A stretch of DNA of 64,000 bases from Candidatus Marinamargulisbacteria bacterium (lineage in GTDB: Bacteria; Margulisbacteria; Marinamargulisbacteria; UBA817), in the NCBI GenBank assembly GCA_049889215.1, contig JBMHDV010000027.1:97185-161184 (forward strand), written 5' to 3'. Shown in pieces: positions 60,670 to 64,000 of the stretch. The notes beneath the pieces are model-generated. The model worked only from the letters and a program-made list of their open reading frames with translations. It made no database searches and was not told the origin of the DNA. The position numbers were made by a program, and so were the translations under genes. Within the stretch, counting starts at the first letter, position 1, and every line of letters begins with the position of its first letter.

Positions 60670-60735
60670 AATTTAATTATATCATGTGAATAAATTTTGC
60701 CAAATCATTAGCGATTTACAGTAAAATAAAAAGTA

Positions 60736-61836
60736 ATGGATAAACAAAGCTTAGAAAAATATGCACATGTACTAACAACGTATTGTTGTGATGTGAAACC
60801 AGGCGATCGAGTGCTCATTCGCTCAACCTATCTTGCTGAGTCCTTAATATTGGCATGTCAAAAACAGGTCCTATTAATGGGGGCAACCTGTGAATTCGAT
60901 ATCTCAATTAATCATGTAGCAAAACAAAAGTATGACCATTCTTCAATCGATGCATTAAAAACACCACCTATCATCTATAAACACGCGGTTGAAATGTTTG
61001 ATGTTGTTATTTCGATTTCTGCTCCATTTGGTCTTTTTGATTTAAAAGATGTGGATGAAAAACGGTTGGCGTTAGGTCAGAGTGCTTTAAAATCGATTAA
61101 AACCACCATGATGAATCGGGGCAAATCTGGTCAACTGCGCTGGGTGATTTGTAATTATCCCACGGAAAGTTTAGCCGCGGCAGCAAAAATGACGTTGGAT
61201 GAGTATACAACATTTATTGTGTCAGGTTGCTTTTTAGATAAAGAAAACCCAATTCAAGAATGGGAATCTTTAGCCAAGCGACAAGAACAATATGTGACAA
61301 CCTTAAATAAGGGCCAAAAGATTCAATTTATTTCAGATTCAATTGATCTTTCTTTTGATATATCGGATCGTATTTGGATCAATTCTGATGGGCGTCGTAA
61401 TATGCCATCAGGGGAAGTATTTACTTCACCAGTTGAAACATCTGGGCATGGAGAAATAGTGTTCGATCATCCATCAATTTTGTTTGGTCAAGAAGTGGTT
61501 GATTTAAAGTTAACACTCAAGGATGGCATTGTGGTAGCTTGGGAATCAAAGAGTAGCCAACCCTTATTAGATCAATTATTTACAATAGATGGTGCCAACA
61601 AGATAGGTGAGATTGCAATTGGAACCAATGACGCAATTCAGCAGCCCACACTCAATACATTGTTCGATGAAAAAATAGGTGGAACCATTCATATGGCTGT
61701 TGGTGCATCGTATCCAGAAACAGGCGGAAAGAATCAATCAAGCATTCATCATGATTTTGTAACATCATTTTCCTCAAATTCAAAAATTCTTTTGGATGGC
61801 CAGTGCATTTACCAAAATGGTAAATTTATTGTTTAA
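60736..61836 (+). CDS. Aminopeptidase, M29 family (AmpS/aminopeptidase T)
   Basis: NMPSGEVFTSP, GEIAIG, TLFDEKIGGTIHMAVGASY, NQSSIHHD. Confidence 0.92.
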   Translation: MDKQSLEKYAHVLTTYCCDVKPGDRVLIRSTYLAESLILACQKQVLLMGATCEFDISINHVAKQKYDHSSIDALKTPPIIYKHAVEMFDVVISISAPFGLFDLKDVDEKRLALGQSALKSIKTTMMNRGKSGQLRWVICNYPTESLAAAAKMTLDEYTTFIVSGCFLDKENPIQEWESLAKRQEQYVTTLNKGQKIQFISDSIDLSFDISDRIWINSDGRRNMPSGEVFTSPVETSGHGEIVFDHPSILFGQEVVDLKLTLKDGIVVAWESKSSQPLLDQLFTIDGANKIGEIAIGTNDAIQQPTLNTLFDEKIGGTIHMAVGASYPETGGKNQSSIHHDFVTSFSSNSKILLDGQCIYQNGKFIV

Positions 61837-61959
61837 AATTACAAAATACTGGGTACATTAAACTATGAGTATGGGGGACATTCTTAAATTATTAAATAAG
61901 CGGCCAAGGGATTGGTTGGCAACGATGAAGTGGATGGTTTTCTTTTCAAACCTTGGAAT

Positions 61960-62019
61960 TTAAAAAGGGAGCTTGCGCTCCCTTAAAACCTTCCCCTAAA
62001 TAACTCCCACTCCCTTTAT
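61960..62019 (-). ncRNA. Candidate small RNA with four GGGA motifs
   Basis: Extended -10 TGGCATAAT (62034-62026), then AAAGGGAGTGGGAGTTATTTAGGGGAAGGTTTTAAGGGAGC-GCAA-GCTCCCTTTTT. No minus-strand gene upstream explains the terminator. Confidence 0.45.
61961..61984 (-). terminator. Rho-independent terminator hairpin (possibly bidirectional)
   Basis: Perfect 8-bp stem AAGGGAGC/GCTCCCTT with a GCAA loop and a U tract on the minus strand. Confidence 0.75.
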
Positions 62020-62152
62020 AAAATAATTATGCCAAAATTAAATTAAAATAACACCAAAAAAAATAATAATCCTTAAAAATTATGTAAAAAATGCAAAACG
62101 ATTTGCATTTAATGTTATTAAAATTAATGAATGTCTTGTGTAAAATAAGAAT

Positions 62153-62620
62153 ATGCACGACATCATTTTAATTGAGCCAAAAATTCCACAGAATACAGGA
62201 ACAATAGCGCGATTATGTGCTGCAACCAATACCAAGCTGATATTGGTGGGTGAGCTCGGGTTTTCGTTGGACGATAAATATCTTAAGCGAGCAGGATTGG
62301 ATTATTGGGAGCATGTCAATTGGGAGCATCAACCAGATGTTGAATCTTATATCGAGTCATTGAGGTCGTCTGGTAAAACATCGTACATGTTGTCGAGTAA
62401 AGCAAAAAAACTGTATACAGATGTGACCTATTGTTCATCACAGCCGTTGATTTTTGGAAGTGAAACCACCGGTTTATCGGAAGCATTTAAAAATGATTGT
62501 CCTGGTGAATGCATTACCATACCCATGGCCAATAACAACATACGAAGTTTAAATTTAGCTAACGCGGTTAGCATTGTGCATTATGAGGCCATTCGCCAAT
62601 ATAATGTAAAGGAATTGTAA
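62153..62620 (+). CDS. trmL: tRNA (cytidine/uridine-34 2'-O)-methyltransferase TrmL
   Basis: PKIPQNTGTIARLCA, KRAGLDYW, FGSETTGL, RSLNLANAV. Confidence 0.95.
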   Translation: MHDIILIEPKIPQNTGTIARLCAATNTKLILVGELGFSLDDKYLKRAGLDYWEHVNWEHQPDVESYIESLRSSGKTSYMLSSKAKKLYTDVTYCSSQPLIFGSETTGLSEAFKNDCPGECITIPMANNNIRSLNLANAVSIVHYEAIRQYNVKEL

Positions 62621-62643
62621 TTTCACACCGATAACATTGGCAT

Positions 62644-64000
62644 ATGACATCACCCAAACAACAAATAACGGTTATTTCGGGCGATGGCATTGGTCAGGAA
62701 GTTGTGGATGCAACAATCAAAATCCTTGAGGCTGCATCCACCCCGATACAGTTTGACCATTGCCAGGCTGGTGAAAGAATTTTCAAACAAGGAAATTCAA
62801 CTGGAGTTCCTGAAGAAACCCTCGCCAGCATTAAAAAATCAAAAGTTGTTTTAAAGGGGCCATTAACCACACCTGTCGGGTATGGTGAACGAAGTGCAAA
62901 TGTATACTTACGTAAGTATTTTGGGCTTTATGCAAATATTCGGCCTGTAAAACAGTACCCAAATATCCCATCCATTTATAAAGATGTTCCAATTGATTTG
63001 GTGGTTATTCGAGAAAATATTGAAGATCTATATGCAGGCATTGAATATTATCATCAGCCTGGAATTGCGCAATCAATTAAATTGGTAACTCAATATGGTT
63101 GTGATCATATTAATGCATTCGCATTTGAATATGCAAAACGCACTAAACGAGCATCACTGCATTGCGCTACTAAGGCAAATATTTTAAAAACGACGGAAGG
63201 CATGATGAAAAAATCATTTGAGCATATGTCATCCAGTTATGATGACGTAAAGGCCCATCATATTATTATTGATAATTGTGCGCATCAATTGGTAGTAAAC
63301 CCATCCCAGTTTGACATGATTGTTACAACCAATATGAATGGCGATATTATTAGTGATTTAACGTCAGGGTTGGTGGGTGGTTTGGGGATTGCCCCATCAG
63401 CTAATATTGGAAATGATGTTGCAATGTTTGAAGCTGTGCATGGTGCTGCACCAGATATCGCAGGTCAGAATATAGCCAACCCTACAGCGATGATTTTGTC
63501 CGCCGTCATGATGTTACGTTACATTGAAATGGGGGCCATTGCGGATACGATCGAGCAAGCACTAGCCGTTACATTTGAGCAAGGAAAATTCACAAAGGAC
63601 TTAAACAGGGACAATGGATTATCAACCGATCAATTTACAGCTGCCGTGATTCAAAACTTAGGAAAATCCTCATCATCGTTTAAGTCATCTGTATTTAAAC
63701 CAGTGCAATTACCAGAAATTAAACCACCGAAAACAACAAAAGGGGTTTGTTTTGGTGTGGATATAATTATAATTTCGAATGAGCCATTTGATCAATTAAG
63801 TGAGCGCTTGAATACCATTGGAATAGCAGAGGGCTTCAAGCCAGTGGTGCTATCCAATCGAGGGAAAAAGGTAACAATGCCTGAAGAGCATCAAATTATA
63901 CCCCAGTGGTTTTGTCGGTTTGAGTCCAATCAAGATGTATTAAGAACCCATCAAATTACAAATTTAATTAACAAGGTATCCAATGACTATCATTGGGTCC
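62644..64000 (+). CDS. icd: Isocitrate dehydrogenase (isocitrate/isopropylmalate DH family), truncated by the window end
   Basis: ATG 62644 gives MTSPKQQITVISGDGIGQEV..LKGPLTTPVGYGERSANV.LRK..IRENIEDLYAGIE..NMNGDIISD..FEAVHGAAPDIAG. Open to the window end; not in the ORF track. Confidence 0.88.
   Translation, partial: MTSPKQQITVISGDGIGQEVVDATIKILEAASTPIQFDHCQAGERIFKQGNSTGVPEETLASIKKSKVVLKGPLTTPVGYGERSANVYLRKYFGLYANIRPVKQYPNIPSIYKDVPIDLVVIRENIEDLYAGIEYYHQPGIAQSIKLVTQYGCDHINAFAFEYAKRTKRASLHCATKANILKTTEGMMKKSFEHMSSSYDDVKAHHIIIDNCAHQLVVNPSQFDMIVTTNMNGDIISDLTSGLVGGLGIAPSANIGNDVAMFEAVHGAAPDIAGQNIANPTAMILSAVMMLRYIEMGAIADTIEQALAVTFEQGKFTKDLNRDNGLSTDQFTAAVIQNLGKSSSSFKSSVFKPVQLPEIKPPKTTKGVCFGVDIIIISNEPFDQLSERLNTIGIAEGFKPVVLSNRGKKVTMPEEHQIIPQWFCRFESNQDVLRTHQITNLINKVSNDYHWV

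Noticed and set aside
1-64000. CRISPR arrays, tRNA/rRNA genes, IS elements, prophage
   Set aside because: No repeat-spacer periodicity, cloverleaf or rRNA-like segments, transposase, integrase or phage genes were recognised; intergenic spaces are mostly very short.

Overview
AT-rich bacterial chromosomal segment spanning the replication origin. It carries recF(5' part)-dnaN-oriC-dnaA, mnmG-rsmG, an inverted parAB pair with three parS sites, clpC-radA, rpsB-tsf, thyA-folA, a MoxR/Bat (VWA-TPR) operon, a reduced dcw cluster (murC-murB-ddl-ftsQAZ-murF), bioF-X-C-D-A, secG-bamA-skp-lpxD, thrS-infC-rpmI-rplT, purC, trmL and a truncated icd. Firmicutes/Cyanobacteria-like ClpC, FtsZ and origin features combined with outer-membrane/LPS genes suggest a diderm Terrabacteria lineage such as Margulisbacteria; this is an inference and was not verified. 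I saw no rRNA, tRNA, CRISPR array or transposase. Most notable observations: (1) a 655-aa ORF that reads as two fused, complementary-degenerate class II HMG-CoA reductase subunits that together keep exactly one complete active site; (2) pervasive leaderless promoter architecture; (3) a candidate ~60-nt GGA-repeat sRNA; (4) a probable ATC-initiated murB; (5) a MerR-DegV-like fusion; (6) an orphan HigA-like regulator with a 39-bp palindrome in front of the biotin operon, which carries an atypical esterase in the BioH position. All protein calls come from motif recognition by eye, with no database search.
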